DNA of 27,783 bases from a virus (Duplodnaviria; Caudoviricetes). A model generated the notes under the pieces. That model did no database searches. It was given only the letters and a program-made list of their open reading frames with translations, and was not told the origin of the DNA. The stretch spans positions 1 to 27,783 of IMG/VR virus record IMGVR_UViG_3300033475_000126. The stretch is one strand, 5' to 3'. The position numbers were made by a program, and so were the translations under genes. Numbering within the stretch: the first letter of the stretch is position 1; each line of letters starts with the position of its first letter. This document shows, piece by piece, positions 15,029 to 23,692 of this stretch.

Positions 15029-15544
15029 ATGTCGCTTTATATCTCCAATCCCTCCAAACAAGACGTCGTTTTCCACTATCGGCAGCCGCTACCGCGACCC
15101 GATAACCTGCTCGCTCATGTGATGATCCCGAGCGGCAGCGGCGTTGAGATTGGGAAGAGATGGTCGGCGCATCAGAAGGAGTTGGTCATTGATCAGCTTC
15201 AAGTCCACGGTGCCCGCGATGCCTCAGAGGTTCACAGCAAACTGGGCCGCTTTCTTGGTCTGCTCTATCGCGACAATGGGCAGATCACCGAGGGCGAGAT
15301 TTTGATGGGCCATGATCAGGTCGTCGACACGCAGAGAAAGCGTTCGGTGACCGAGGCTACTCGGGGCGCCCTTGCTTTTGATCGCAAGGCCCAGGAGCGC
15401 GGACGTGGCCAGCGCGTCGCTAAAGTGACTGGGGTTGAGGTCCGTCAGGAACTCGAGAAGCACCAGCGCCCGACCGGGGATGAGGTCGACTTCTCACTGT
15501 CGATTGACCCCGAAGGCCGCGAAGACGCCCCCCTCTCTATCTAA
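15029..15544 (+). CDS. Conserved head-region hypothetical protein
   Basis: GAGGA RBS; MSLYISNPSKQ...F.YR...QL..HGA pattern of the post-MCP gene in this phage type. Confidence 0.7.
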   Translation: MSLYISNPSKQDVVFHYRQPLPRPDNLLAHVMIPSGSGVEIGKRWSAHQKELVIDQLQVHGARDASEVHSKLGRFLGLLYRDNGQITEGEILMGHDQVVDTQRKRSVTEATRGALAFDRKAQERGRGQRVAKVTGVEVRQELEKHQRPTGDEVDFSLSIDPEGREDAPLSI

Positions 15545-15555
15545 GGCCATCGCCA

Positions 15556-16140
15556 ATGAAGCGCCTTCTTCTGACCGCGGCGCTTCTGGCCGCCATCCCT
15601 GTCATTGCCAATGCGCAGACGGCGGCCTGCCCGACTGTTTCGCAGAACCAGACATGGACGGTCCAGCAGTGGAACACCTGCCTTTCCAGCCTGGCACCGC
15701 TCAATAATGGCACGCAGACGGGCACAGTACTGCAGACGCCGACAATATCCTCTCCGACTATCACGGGAGGAACGATCAGCCAGACTGCGGTTGATCCCTC
15801 CGGCGGCATCGGCCGCATCGTGGTTGTGGCTACCGGGTCCGCCTCGATCACCCCCAGCCCCGTGCTGGATGAACTGATCGTTGTGAACAAGGTGACGCCG
15901 GCCGCAACCGCCGTAGAACTGCCTGCCGCAGTGAATTGGCCGAATTGCCCGAGCACGACAAGCAATGCCTGCCCCACCTACACGATCAAGGATGGCGCGG
16001 GGAATGCGGTCACCTACCCGATCACCATCACGACGGCAGATGGCAAGACGATCGACGGTGCTGCATCCGATGTGCTTTCGGCGGCCTATGGATCCGTGTC
16101 CCTAACTTATAACGGGACGCAATGGAACGTCGTTCCGTGA
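15556..16140 (+). CDS. Fibre-like beta protein with predicted Sec signal peptide
   Basis: MKR-LLLTAALLAAIPVI-ANA|Q; PTISSPTITGGTI repeat; C-terminal LP...IKD..G.A...ITI...GKTIDG...YGSVSL.Y.G..W fibre-type domain. Confidence 0.7.
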   Translation: MKRLLLTAALLAAIPVIANAQTAACPTVSQNQTWTVQQWNTCLSSLAPLNNGTQTGTVLQTPTISSPTITGGTISQTAVDPSGGIGRIVVVATGSASITPSPVLDELIVVNKVTPAATAVELPAAVNWPNCPSTTSNACPTYTIKDGAGNAVTYPITITTADGKTIDGAASDVLSAAYGSVSLTYNGTQWNVVP

Positions 16141-16640
16141 GCGGATTTGGCAATCAGGCGTTCGGCGCATTCACGTTTGGGACCGGCTTTACGGACCCCA
16201 CGACGCCGAACCTGACCGACTTCACAAACTGGGTCTATGCCTCGATGGAGGTGCCCGTCGAGGCGCTTCCGGTAGGCTCCGCATGGCTACAGTATGCCTT
16301 CGCTCAGGCAATGGCGCTGGTTCCTTGCATCCCCTGCATTCCGGCGATCACCTATGTCCTCGCGGTCTACAACTGCGGCGGCCACCTGCTCCTGAAGATG
16401 GCGATCGACCAGGACGGGCAGGATTTCTTCAAATGCCTGCGTGCCAGCCTAAAGATGGGCGATACCGTCAATGGCGTCATCCAGTCCTCCGGCGACCAGA
16501 ACTCGTCTAACTCCTTCGCCATCGGCCAAGGAATGCAGAACATGACCATGGGTGATCTGGGATTCTACCGGACGCCATGGGGACGTGAATACCTAGCCTA
16601 TGCGCAAGATATCGGTCCAACCATATGGGGCCTCTCCTGA
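16137..16640 (+). CDS. Head-tail adaptor (DUF4054-like)
   Basis: GTGA start; AVYN.GGH.L and TPWGREYL motifs; position in the neck module. Confidence 0.7.
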   Translation: MSGFGNQAFGAFTFGTGFTDPTTPNLTDFTNWVYASMEVPVEALPVGSAWLQYAFAQAMALVPCIPCIPAITYVLAVYNCGGHLLLKMAIDQDGQDFFKCLRASLKMGDTVNGVIQSSGDQNSSNSFAIGQGMQNMTMGDLGFYRTPWGREYLAYAQDIGPTIWGLS

Positions 16641-17099
16641 GTGGCGCTGACCCTAAATCTCGGCGTGCTCGACGTCGCATATAGCGGCGACAAAAAAGCC
16701 ACCACGACGGGCGCGGTCGCGCAGATTCTCGAGGATCGATACCACGTCTTCGAGATTTTCTGGGAAAGCCGCAAGGGCAAGATAGCCGAGTGGATTGCTG
16801 AAGGCATCGCTACCGAGATCGAGGATGTCCTTTCCGGTAAGCGCCCCAATCGCGACCCGTTCATGGATGCGATGCAGCAGATCGAGACCGAGTTCCGCGC
16901 CTTCTTGGATGCTGACGAGATTTCTAAGATTATGCCGATCACGATGCAGATCACTGCGGCGCAGATGGGTCACAGTAAGCGGTTCAAGGATCGCTACAAT
17001 ACCGAGGGCAAGCGCGATGCCCGGCCAGCGTTGATCGACAGCGGCCTTTTCCAGGCATCGATGCGAGCCTTCATCTCTGGTAAGCTAAGCGAGGGCTGA
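16641..17099 (+). CDS. Neck / tail completion protein
   Basis: VAQILE...RPALIDSGLFQASM matches the P(L/F)IDTG.L..S pattern of neck proteins. Confidence 0.7.
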   Translation: MALTLNLGVLDVAYSGDKKATTTGAVAQILEDRYHVFEIFWESRKGKIAEWIAEGIATEIEDVLSGKRPNRDPFMDAMQQIETEFRAFLDADEISKIMPITMQITAAQMGHSKRFKDRYNTEGKRDARPALIDSGLFQASMRAFISGKLSEG

Positions 17100-17102
17100 T
17101 CT

Positions 17103-18275
17103 ATGGTTTCGGTGAATGAGATCGCGCCGAGCCAGAGTGCATTTTCTTCCGCGATGCGGCAGGGCCTTGAAGCCATTGACCGCGACCAGACGATCACCTT
17201 CACGCAGTATATGCGCTACGTGTTGCCTCTGGACGGCTATGTCTTCTGGATCAAGACGAGCAATACGGTCACTGTCGACGGTTCGCTGCATTACGCCATC
17301 AATCAGCAGCAGAACGAAACCGAGACGGTGGCCGTCAACCAGGTCCTGTTCACGGCAGAGACCGAGATCCAGGAATTTGATACGATTGCGCCCAACACGA
17401 TTTGGATCGGCGATCTTGGCACGGCCGAATCATCGACCGCGCCCTTGTGCGAAACATCGCCAACTTCTGAAACGTTGACGCCATTTCCAATAAAGTTTGC
17501 GTTCTCCAGTCGGGGAAGCTACTACAAGCAAGCTGACATATATCACTATGTTGGCACTGCCATCATCCCTGGCATGATGTCGCAGATTATCGACTCTGCC
17601 GCTGACCTCCCAAGCGCTCCGATCGTCAGCAACAGCCTCCCGATCTGGCTGGCGCAATCCAGGTTCGGCACTGTTTATCCATCATTTGCGGTCCCGAACA
17701 ACATCGAGCCGCCCTATATCGTTTGCCACATCGCGCCCGATGGCACTGAGCCGGTTCAGCAGTTCCCTGACTACACAGCAGGGTATGTGCCGAATAACCT
17801 GGCGCCGCCCGCCTATCTGCCTGGCTCGCCGGTTGCTGGCACGGGCGTCGCGTCGCCCGCCATCGGCCAATATACGATCGGTGTTTCAACGATCGCGCAG
17901 ACCCCGCTCTACAGCCAGGCATCGCGCCAGCTTGCCAGTGACCGCGTCAAGTTGACTCTGATCGGGTTCAATAATCAGCGTGCGCTGCAATACCTGTCCT
18001 ACCTCATGCAGAACAGCATGGACCTGGACACGTTCGGTTTTCAAAACTCCCCGATCGTTCGCGACGAGAAGCAGACGCAGGTTGAACTGGCGATCTTGCA
18101 GCAGCGCAAGGTGATCGAGATCACAGCCTCCTACTATCAAGGGGCGGCCGATGTCATCGCGCAGCGTCTGATCCTGCAGGCGTGCGCATCTCTTGACCCC
18201 AATTCGATGGGCCAGATCGGCACCATGAGCGTCGGGGAATCTCCCGTCTTCTGGCGCATGCCGCCGTATCTCTGA
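17103..18275 (+). CDS. Neck protein (probable head-closure + tail-terminator fusion)
   Basis: GAGG RBS; YVLPLDGYVFW, GSLHY, VSNSLPIWL, PPYIV.HI motifs of Bcep781-like neck proteins; located before the sheath. Confidence 0.65.
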   Translation: MVSVNEIAPSQSAFSSAMRQGLEAIDRDQTITFTQYMRYVLPLDGYVFWIKTSNTVTVDGSLHYAINQQQNETETVAVNQVLFTAETEIQEFDTIAPNTIWIGDLGTAESSTAPLCETSPTSETLTPFPIKFAFSSRGSYYKQADIYHYVGTAIIPGMMSQIIDSAADLPSAPIVSNSLPIWLAQSRFGTVYPSFAVPNNIEPPYIVCHIAPDGTEPVQQFPDYTAGYVPNNLAPPAYLPGSPVAGTGVASPAIGQYTIGVSTIAQTPLYSQASRQLASDRVKLTLIGFNNQRALQYLSYLMQNSMDLDTFGFQNSPIVRDEKQTQVELAILQQRKVIEITASYYQGAADVIAQRLILQACASLDPNSMGQIGTMSVGESPVFWRMPPYL

Positions 18276-18283
18276 GGGCTCCC

Positions 18284-18592
18284 ATGCCGAACTATATGAC
18301 TCCCGCAGGCGTGGCTAACGTCCTGAACATCTCTGCCGCGACCGTCGTCAAAGCGTCCGCAGGTTACACGACCATGGTTACCGTGTCCGGCGTTGGAACG
18401 GCGGGCGCCCTGACCCTCAACGATTGCACCACGACTGGCGCTGCTGCAGCGGCAAATCAGGTCGTCTCGATTCCCTACGGCGCCTTCACCGGAACCGCAT
18501 CGATCATCCTGCCTCTTAGCTTTGTCTTCACTACCGGTATCACGATCTCGGCGGTTCCGACCGGGGTCACGGTTGCTGTCTCATACGCCTGA
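18284..18592 (+). CDS. Small beta-rich virion protein (decoration/collar candidate)
   Basis: LNISAATVVKASAG...GALTLND...FTTGITI; Ala/Thr/Val-rich; GAGG RBS. Confidence 0.6.
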   Translation: MPNYMTPAGVANVLNISAATVVKASAGYTTMVTVSGVGTAGALTLNDCTTTGAAAAANQVVSIPYGAFTGTASIILPLSFVFTTGITISAVPTGVTVAVSYA

Positions 18593-18612
18593 CCCTCAGA
18601 GGATAATCCCCA

Positions 18613-19023
18613 ATGCCCCAGATGCCTTATGCTCCCGTTGCCACCGAACTTGGCACGCTTCTCACCCTGACTGCTCAGGGAGCCGGCTCCGTCAATAGCG
18701 CGAAGTTCACCAATGCAGTCGCGACCGGCCTTGCGCTGCGTCTCTATGTCACCGCCGAGACCGGCACGACCCCGACTGTCACCCTGACCGTCCAGGGCTA
18801 CGATACCGCGTCCGGCCAGTGGTATGCGGTGGGCGCCAGCACGGCGTTCGCTGTCGCCGCGAGCACCATGTACACGGTCAACATGTATCCGGGCTCCGTT
18901 GCCGGCACCAGCCCGACCGAGGGCATCAATGCCGCCCTCCCCGCCATCTGGCGCGTCCAGGCCACTGTCGGCGGCACGACCCCGGCGGTGACCGCCACGA
19001 TTGGCGGCTGCACGCTCGTCTAA
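18613..19023 (+). CDS. Beta-sandwich virion protein (decoration/collar candidate)
   Basis: VTA.TGTTPTVTLTVQG.D.ASG.W...YPG...LP..WRV; GAGGA RBS; followed by a terminator. Confidence 0.65.
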   Translation: MPQMPYAPVATELGTLLTLTAQGAGSVNSAKFTNAVATGLALRLYVTAETGTTPTVTLTVQGYDTASGQWYAVGASTAFAVAASTMYTVNMYPGSVAGTSPTEGINAALPAIWRVQATVGGTTPAVTATIGGCTLV

Positions 19024-19049
19024 TTCGCCGCCGCATCCTGACCACGACC

Positions 19050-19074
19050 AAGGCACCTCCGGGTGCCTTTTTTT
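19050..19074 (+). terminator. Rho-independent terminator
   Basis: AAGGCACC-TCCG-GGTGCCTT followed by TTTTT. Confidence 0.85.
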
Positions 19075-19089
19075 ATGGAGAGCGCCGGC

Positions 19090-20397
19090 ATGGCGACGAC
19101 CATCACTCCCACGATTGTCACTGAAACCGTTACAATCACGCGGGCGCCGTCCGTCTCTCAGCTTCAACAGAGCGGCGCCGCTGTTTCTGGCGGCGGCACT
19201 ACCCTGACGGCAGGCACCTACCAATATTGCGGCACGCTATCCGCCGTCGAGGCGCTACTTGCGGCGCCGGTTGCGATCACCTCCCTCGCCTGGGCTGCCA
19301 ACGTCGTTACCGCAACCGTCACGGCCGTTGGCGTATCCTCGGGCGAGACATTCCTGGTCACGATCGCGGGCGTCACGCCTGCCGGCTACAATGGCACGTT
19401 TGTCGCAACCGCAACGGGCGCCACGACGTTCACGTATCCGCTGGCGGTCAATCCCGGATCCGAGACGGTCCCGGGCACCTATACGCCGCCCTATGTTGCG
19501 TTCCTGCAGAACGCCGCGACGACTTTCTTCGCGCAGGGCTCCTCGGTGGGCATGTACTTGCTGGAGCTTGGCACGGAGACCACGGCGACCGCCGCCATCA
19601 CGGCGCTCGAGACATGGATCACGAACAACCCGAACGTGTTCTATGCCTACCTCGTCGCGCCTAGTTGGGACGGCTCTGCTCTTGGCACGATGACGAACAC
19701 CTATGCCGGCCCGTCCGCGAAGACCTATTTCTTCCCGACCACGACCAGCGGGAACATCTCGAACTACGCCGGCAACAAAGCGGTCATCGCCACCGTGCCG
19801 AGCCCGAGCGCGGCGGCGACTGAGTTCCAGGCGGCCTACTGGTTCTACCAGTGGCTTGCGAACAACCCCTCGTCGGCAACGCCTGCCGCCCCCATGGCAT
19901 ATCGCTATGCTTATGGGGTGACCCCCTGGCCGTCGACGGGCCAGACGGCGAACATCAACGCGATCCTGACCGCGTATGGCAACGTGATCCTGACCGGGGC
20001 AGAGGGCGGAATCAGCACCGCGACCGGCTTCAAGGGCACGACCATGGATGGCCAGCAGGCCATGTTCTGGTATGCGGTCGACTGGTTCCAGATCCAAGCT
20101 AAGCGCCAGATGGCTGCTGCAATCATCAACGGATCGAACATTAATCCTCCGCTTGGATACAATCAGCCGGGGGTGAACTCCCTCCTTGCGGTCGGCAACA
20201 ATGTTTGCACGAGCGGCATCAGCTTCGGCCTGGCGCTTACCGCTAGCATGACGGCTACACCGTTCGCGACCTATGTCGCGCAGAATCCAAGCGATTATGA
20301 CGCAGGCATCTACAATGGATTCGCTCTTACAGTGACCCCGCAACTTGGATTTTTGGGCATAACCGTCGCCATCGACGCTCTGCAATTCGTGGCATAA
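19090..20397 (+). CDS. Tail sheath protein (DUF3383-like)
   Basis: GGAGAG RBS; APS..LQQSGA.VS.GGT, GAEGGIS...G.TMDG...WYAVDW, NPPL.YNQ.G motifs; contains an inserted Thr-rich beta domain (VTIAGVTPAGYNGTF...TFTY). Confidence 0.85.
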   Translation: MATTITPTIVTETVTITRAPSVSQLQQSGAAVSGGGTTLTAGTYQYCGTLSAVEALLAAPVAITSLAWAANVVTATVTAVGVSSGETFLVTIAGVTPAGYNGTFVATATGATTFTYPLAVNPGSETVPGTYTPPYVAFLQNAATTFFAQGSSVGMYLLELGTETTATAAITALETWITNNPNVFYAYLVAPSWDGSALGTMTNTYAGPSAKTYFFPTTTSGNISNYAGNKAVIATVPSPSAAATEFQAAYWFYQWLANNPSSATPAAPMAYRYAYGVTPWPSTGQTANINAILTAYGNVILTGAEGGISTATGFKGTTMDGQQAMFWYAVDWFQIQAKRQMAAAIINGSNINPPLGYNQPGVNSLLAVGNNVCTSGISFGLALTASMTATPFATYVAQNPSDYDAGIYNGFALTVTPQLGFLGITVAIDALQFVA

Positions 20398-20410
20398 GGA
20401 GACTTAGAAA

Positions 20411-20863
20411 ATGTCCGGTTCCACGAATCCGTTTATCGCGCAGGGCAACCTTTCGCGCCTCCGCACCTCGATCACATTTGGCTCCTATCCGGCGCTCAAC
20501 ATCGTTTCCTCTAATATGGGGAAAAGCTTCGCGAAACTCTCCTTCGAGAGCCCCTTCACGACGCAGACGGAAACGGGAACGGGCATCGTCAATTCGCCCG
20601 AGCCTTACGTGATGGCAAACATCGCCGTGGGCATCTTGCGCACACAGGCGCTCGGCGCTGCTTGGCTGGCTCAAATCCAGGCCACGTCAGTTCTTGGGCA
20701 GGCGAATATCATCCCCGATACTACCACCTTCCCAACCATCACCCTGCAGAATACGTCGATTACGGGATTCGATCCGGCAGCTTATGACGGCATCGACCCG
20801 GTAATCCGTATGACGATTCGCGGGATTTACTACCCGAACCAAAATCTCTGGGATTTCACTTAA
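20411..20863 (+). CDS. Tail tube protein
   Basis: 150 aa immediately after sheath; AAGGAG RBS; NP...QG.L.R, SPEPY, G.YY.N motifs. Confidence 0.8.
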   Translation: MSGSTNPFIAQGNLSRLRTSITFGSYPALNIVSSNMGKSFAKLSFESPFTTQTETGTGIVNSPEPYVMANIAVGILRTQALGAAWLAQIQATSVLGQANIIPDTTTFPTITLQNTSITGFDPAAYDGIDPVIRMTIRGIYYPNQNLWDFT

Positions 20864-20877
20864 CCATCTAGGAAATC

Positions 20878-21486
20878 ATGCAGATCAACCGCGATCTCAA
20901 ACTCGTCCTGCCGGCGCGTCGCTCTGAGGCCGGAGATATCGTTTTGCGGGCCTATCACGCCCCGATTGCCCATGAGGTGTTCGAGGCGAACTATCGTGTT
21001 TTGTCGGCGACCAAGTCCGAACTTTTCAAGCGGGGCTTGGCCTATGCGGCGGACACGGCGCCTCAGATCGCGACGCTGCGGCTCCAGGATGAGGGGCGCC
21101 GCGATGCCGCTGAGATGGGCATGTTCGATCCGGCTGGGAAGCCTCTCGATGGAGGGGTCGCCGCCCTCCTGGCCGAGATCAAGCGCCTCTCGCTGATCCT
21201 ATCGCCCTCGCCGTCTGGCTGGACCAATCTTCCAGTCGATGCCGCCATTCGCGACGGGCACATTGACGCAGAGGAATGGCGCGAGGTCGAGAGCCAGATC
21301 GTTTTTTTTACTGCCGCCTATGCGATGACCCCGCGAGCGGGCAAGGCGGCGGTGGCGGGGGCTCTGGCTGGTGTGATGAGGGGAGAGATTACCTCATCCA
21401 ATCCTATGGATTTCTGCGCTTCATTGACGACATCGACGCCGGCCGAAGCTTCCGCGCCGAAGGTGGCGTCGTCGGTTCCTACCTAG
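20878..21486 (+). CDS. Tail assembly chaperone (G-like)
   Basis: Between tube and tape measure genes; followed by an overlapping open -1 frame. Confidence 0.7.
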   Translation: MQINRDLKLVLPARRSEAGDIVLRAYHAPIAHEVFEANYRVLSATKSELFKRGLAYAADTAPQIATLRLQDEGRRDAAEMGMFDPAGKPLDGGVAALLAEIKRLSLILSPSPSGWTNLPVDAAIRDGHIDAEEWREVESQIVFFTAAYAMTPRAGKAAVAGALAGVMRGEITSSNPMDFCASLTTSTPAEASAPKVASSVPT

Positions 21487-21623
21487 ACCATTTGGCCGGC
21501 GAGGGATTTGCCTCTCTCACCGAGCGCTGCGGCCACCCATGGTCTTCTGCTAGGGCGTTTCGCGAGAGACACCTGGTAGACGCCATAATCGGCGCCATGG
21601 GTCGAATGCTTGGCGGGTCTTAA
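21276..21623 (+). CDS. Probable -1 frameshift extension of the chaperone (GT-like); true start undefined
   Basis: -1 frame relative to 20878 stays open to TAA at 21623, 26 nt before the tape measure gene. Confidence 0.5.
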   Translation: MARGREPDRFFYCRLCDDPASGQGGGGGGSGWCDEGRDYLIQSYGFLRFIDDIDAGRSFRAEGGVVGSYLDHLAGEGFASLTERCGHPWSSARAFRERHLVDAIIGAMGRMLGGS

Positions 21624-21649
21624 CTTGAGAGCGGAAAAGATCATCGCCA

Positions 21650-23692
21650 ATGGCCGTTAAATCCATTATTGCGGTCGAGATCGACGACCACCAATTCACG
21701 CGCTTTCGTGATGTCTTTGATTCGTGGTCAGATAAAGTCGATGAGATGCCCGAGCATTGGCGGGCGCTCAACGAGATCATGGGTGAAGGCTTCCTGGCTC
21801 TCGGCGAGAGCCTCGAGCACATCTCCGCGCATCTTGCCACCATCGCGCAGCACAGCGGGGCAGTAACGCGATCTCTGAGCGACGCGGAGCGCGCCCAGAA
21901 CTCCTTTGGTGCCGCGACAGTGCGCGCTGGCTCTGCCATGAAGGGCCTGGCCGGCGAGGCTAAGAGCGCGCTTGGATCGGTTCTGCAACTCGGGCGCCTC
22001 CTTGGCTTTGGGGGAGCGCTAGCGGGCATCGGCAGTGGTTTGGGCATCTTTGCCCTAGCGCAGTCGGCGACCAGCCAGAGCCGCACGGCTGGCGGCGTGG
22101 GCCTGACGCCTGGTCAGCTCAACGCCTTCAATACCAATCTCTCCCCCTTCATCGCGAGCCCAGGCGGCATGCTGTCCGCCGTCAGCGGCGCGCAGATCGA
22201 TATGGGTCAGTGGGGGAAGCTGCTCTCTGCGGGCGTTACGGCGCAGCAGATCCATAGCGAAGACCCCGCGCAACTCTCCATCGACATCCTGAACAATGCC
22301 CGGCGCGAAATCAGGCGCAGCGGCAACATCAATGGCCCTGCGGCGCAGGCAGCTCTAGGTCTCGGTCTTTCATCTTCCGATCTGCGCAATGTCGCCAGCG
22401 CCAATGGCAAGGAGCTTGCTGGCTATGAGCGCCATGCGCTTACGGATGCCAATAGGCTCGGCTTTGACGCGCAGACGGCATCTGACTGGCGGAAGCTAGA
22501 TACAGTCCTGCATCAGGCGGGCATTCAGATCGAATCCGTCCTGATCAAGGGCCTTGCGCCACTTGCCGGTCCGCTGGTGCATCTGTCTAACGCGCTGGTC
22601 CATGGGATCGGCGAGGTGCTGGCGTCCAAGGGATTCCGAGAAGGAATCAATGACGCGGCGAATGGCATCGAGCATCTAGGCAAATATCTCGGCTCAGATG
22701 CCTTCGGGAAGGACTTGCAGGGCTTCGAAAGCGGTCTGTCGACCCTGGCTGAGAACGCCAAACTTGCAGCCATCGCTTTAGGCGTTTTGGCTGGCATCAG
22801 TGCGGCGGACAAACTGCGCAAATTGGCGGGCGTGGTCACTACTCCAGCCGCGGCAGTTGGCGCCGATGCGGCGGCCTCCCTCATGGGTGCTGGGCTGCTT
22901 GGCGCTGGAGGGGCTGCGCTTGCCGCCGGAGCGATTGCATTCTGGCCTAGCCAACTGGGCAACGACGAATTAGGCGCATCTGGAGATGCTCTAAAGAAGA
23001 GGCGTGATGCGATCGGCGTTCTCTCAACCGAATATCGTAACGCCGGGCTTCCAGATTCCTCCGTCTCGGCCCTCCTCGGAAACAGCATGTGGGAGAGCGG
23101 GCTTGACCCGCACAAGCGGCAAGCGGGCGGCGGCCCTGGATATGGCCTGAACCAGTGGGAAGGCCCGCGCCAGGCGGACTTTGCAAAGCAGTTCGGGCAC
23201 CCCATGCAAAACGCGACGCTCGCGGAAGAAGGGGCCTTCACGATCTGGGAATTGCGCAACAAGTACCCCGATGTGTGGGCTCAGTTGAAATCCGGCAAGC
23301 TTGACTTGCAGCAAGCCACGCGCCTCGTCGACCATGACTATTTGGCGCCGAAGGATCGCGATAATCCCACGGGATCGATCATCCATCGCACGGCCATGGC
23401 ACAGCAGTTTGGCGCCTTGCTGGGAACTAATCCGGGCGCGCGTCCTGTTGGCATGGGCGCCAGCGATCGAACGGCTGGAGCCCACCCCCTCGCCCGCCCC
23501 TCCGGCATGGACATGAGCGACCGAACGGCGGGCAGTTCCCATTCGTTCAATCCCTCCGATCGGAATGAGCTGACGGGCCTGCTACGCCAGATAGCCAAAA
23601 ACACAAGCCCGTCAGTGAACAAGACCAACGTTCACATAAACAACGACACTCCTTCGCGTGTTTACGTGCAGGCCAACGCGGCGGGGCGCTAA
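21650..23692 (+). CDS. Tape measure protein with C-terminal phage tail lysozyme domain
   Basis: Ala/Gly/Leu-rich helical 680 aa; ALLGNSMWESGLDP...GYGLNQW matches the Phage_lysozyme2-type catalytic Glu motif. Confidence 0.88.
   Translation: MAVKSIIAVEIDDHQFTRFRDVFDSWSDKVDEMPEHWRALNEIMGEGFLALGESLEHISAHLATIAQHSGAVTRSLSDAERAQNSFGAATVRAGSAMKGLAGEAKSALGSVLQLGRLLGFGGALAGIGSGLGIFALAQSATSQSRTAGGVGLTPGQLNAFNTNLSPFIASPGGMLSAVSGAQIDMGQWGKLLSAGVTAQQIHSEDPAQLSIDILNNARREIRRSGNINGPAAQAALGLGLSSSDLRNVASANGKELAGYERHALTDANRLGFDAQTASDWRKLDTVLHQAGIQIESVLIKGLAPLAGPLVHLSNALVHGIGEVLASKGFREGINDAANGIEHLGKYLGSDAFGKDLQGFESGLSTLAENAKLAAIALGVLAGISAADKLRKLAGVVTTPAAAVGADAAASLMGAGLLGAGGAALAAGAIAFWPSQLGNDELGASGDALKKRRDAIGVLSTEYRNAGLPDSSVSALLGNSMWESGLDPHKRQAGGGPGYGLNQWEGPRQADFAKQFGHPMQNATLAEEGAFTIWELRNKYPDVWAQLKSGKLDLQQATRLVDHDYLAPKDRDNPTGSIIHRTAMAQQFGALLGTNPGARPVGMGASDRTAGAHPLARPSGMDMSDRTAGSSHSFNPSDRNELTGLLRQIAKNTSPSVNKTNVHINNDTPSRVYVQANAAGR
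23438..23533 (+). repeat. Two-copy 54-bp-period repeat in the tape measure C-terminus
   Basis: ARPVGMGASDRTAG-AHPL-ARPSGMDMSDRTAG. Confidence 0.8.

Noticed and set aside
12420-15029. 869-aa minus-strand ORF
   Set aside because: Antisense shadow. Scaffold, decoration and MCP genes share one frame and have strong GC3 bias, which removes stops on the opposite strand. The translation has no recognisable motif.
19255-20385. 376-aa minus-strand ORF and other long antisense ORFs (3..749, 22525..23262, 18475..19224)
   Set aside because: They overlap well-supported plus-strand genes and have Arg/Gly/Ala-rich shadow composition.
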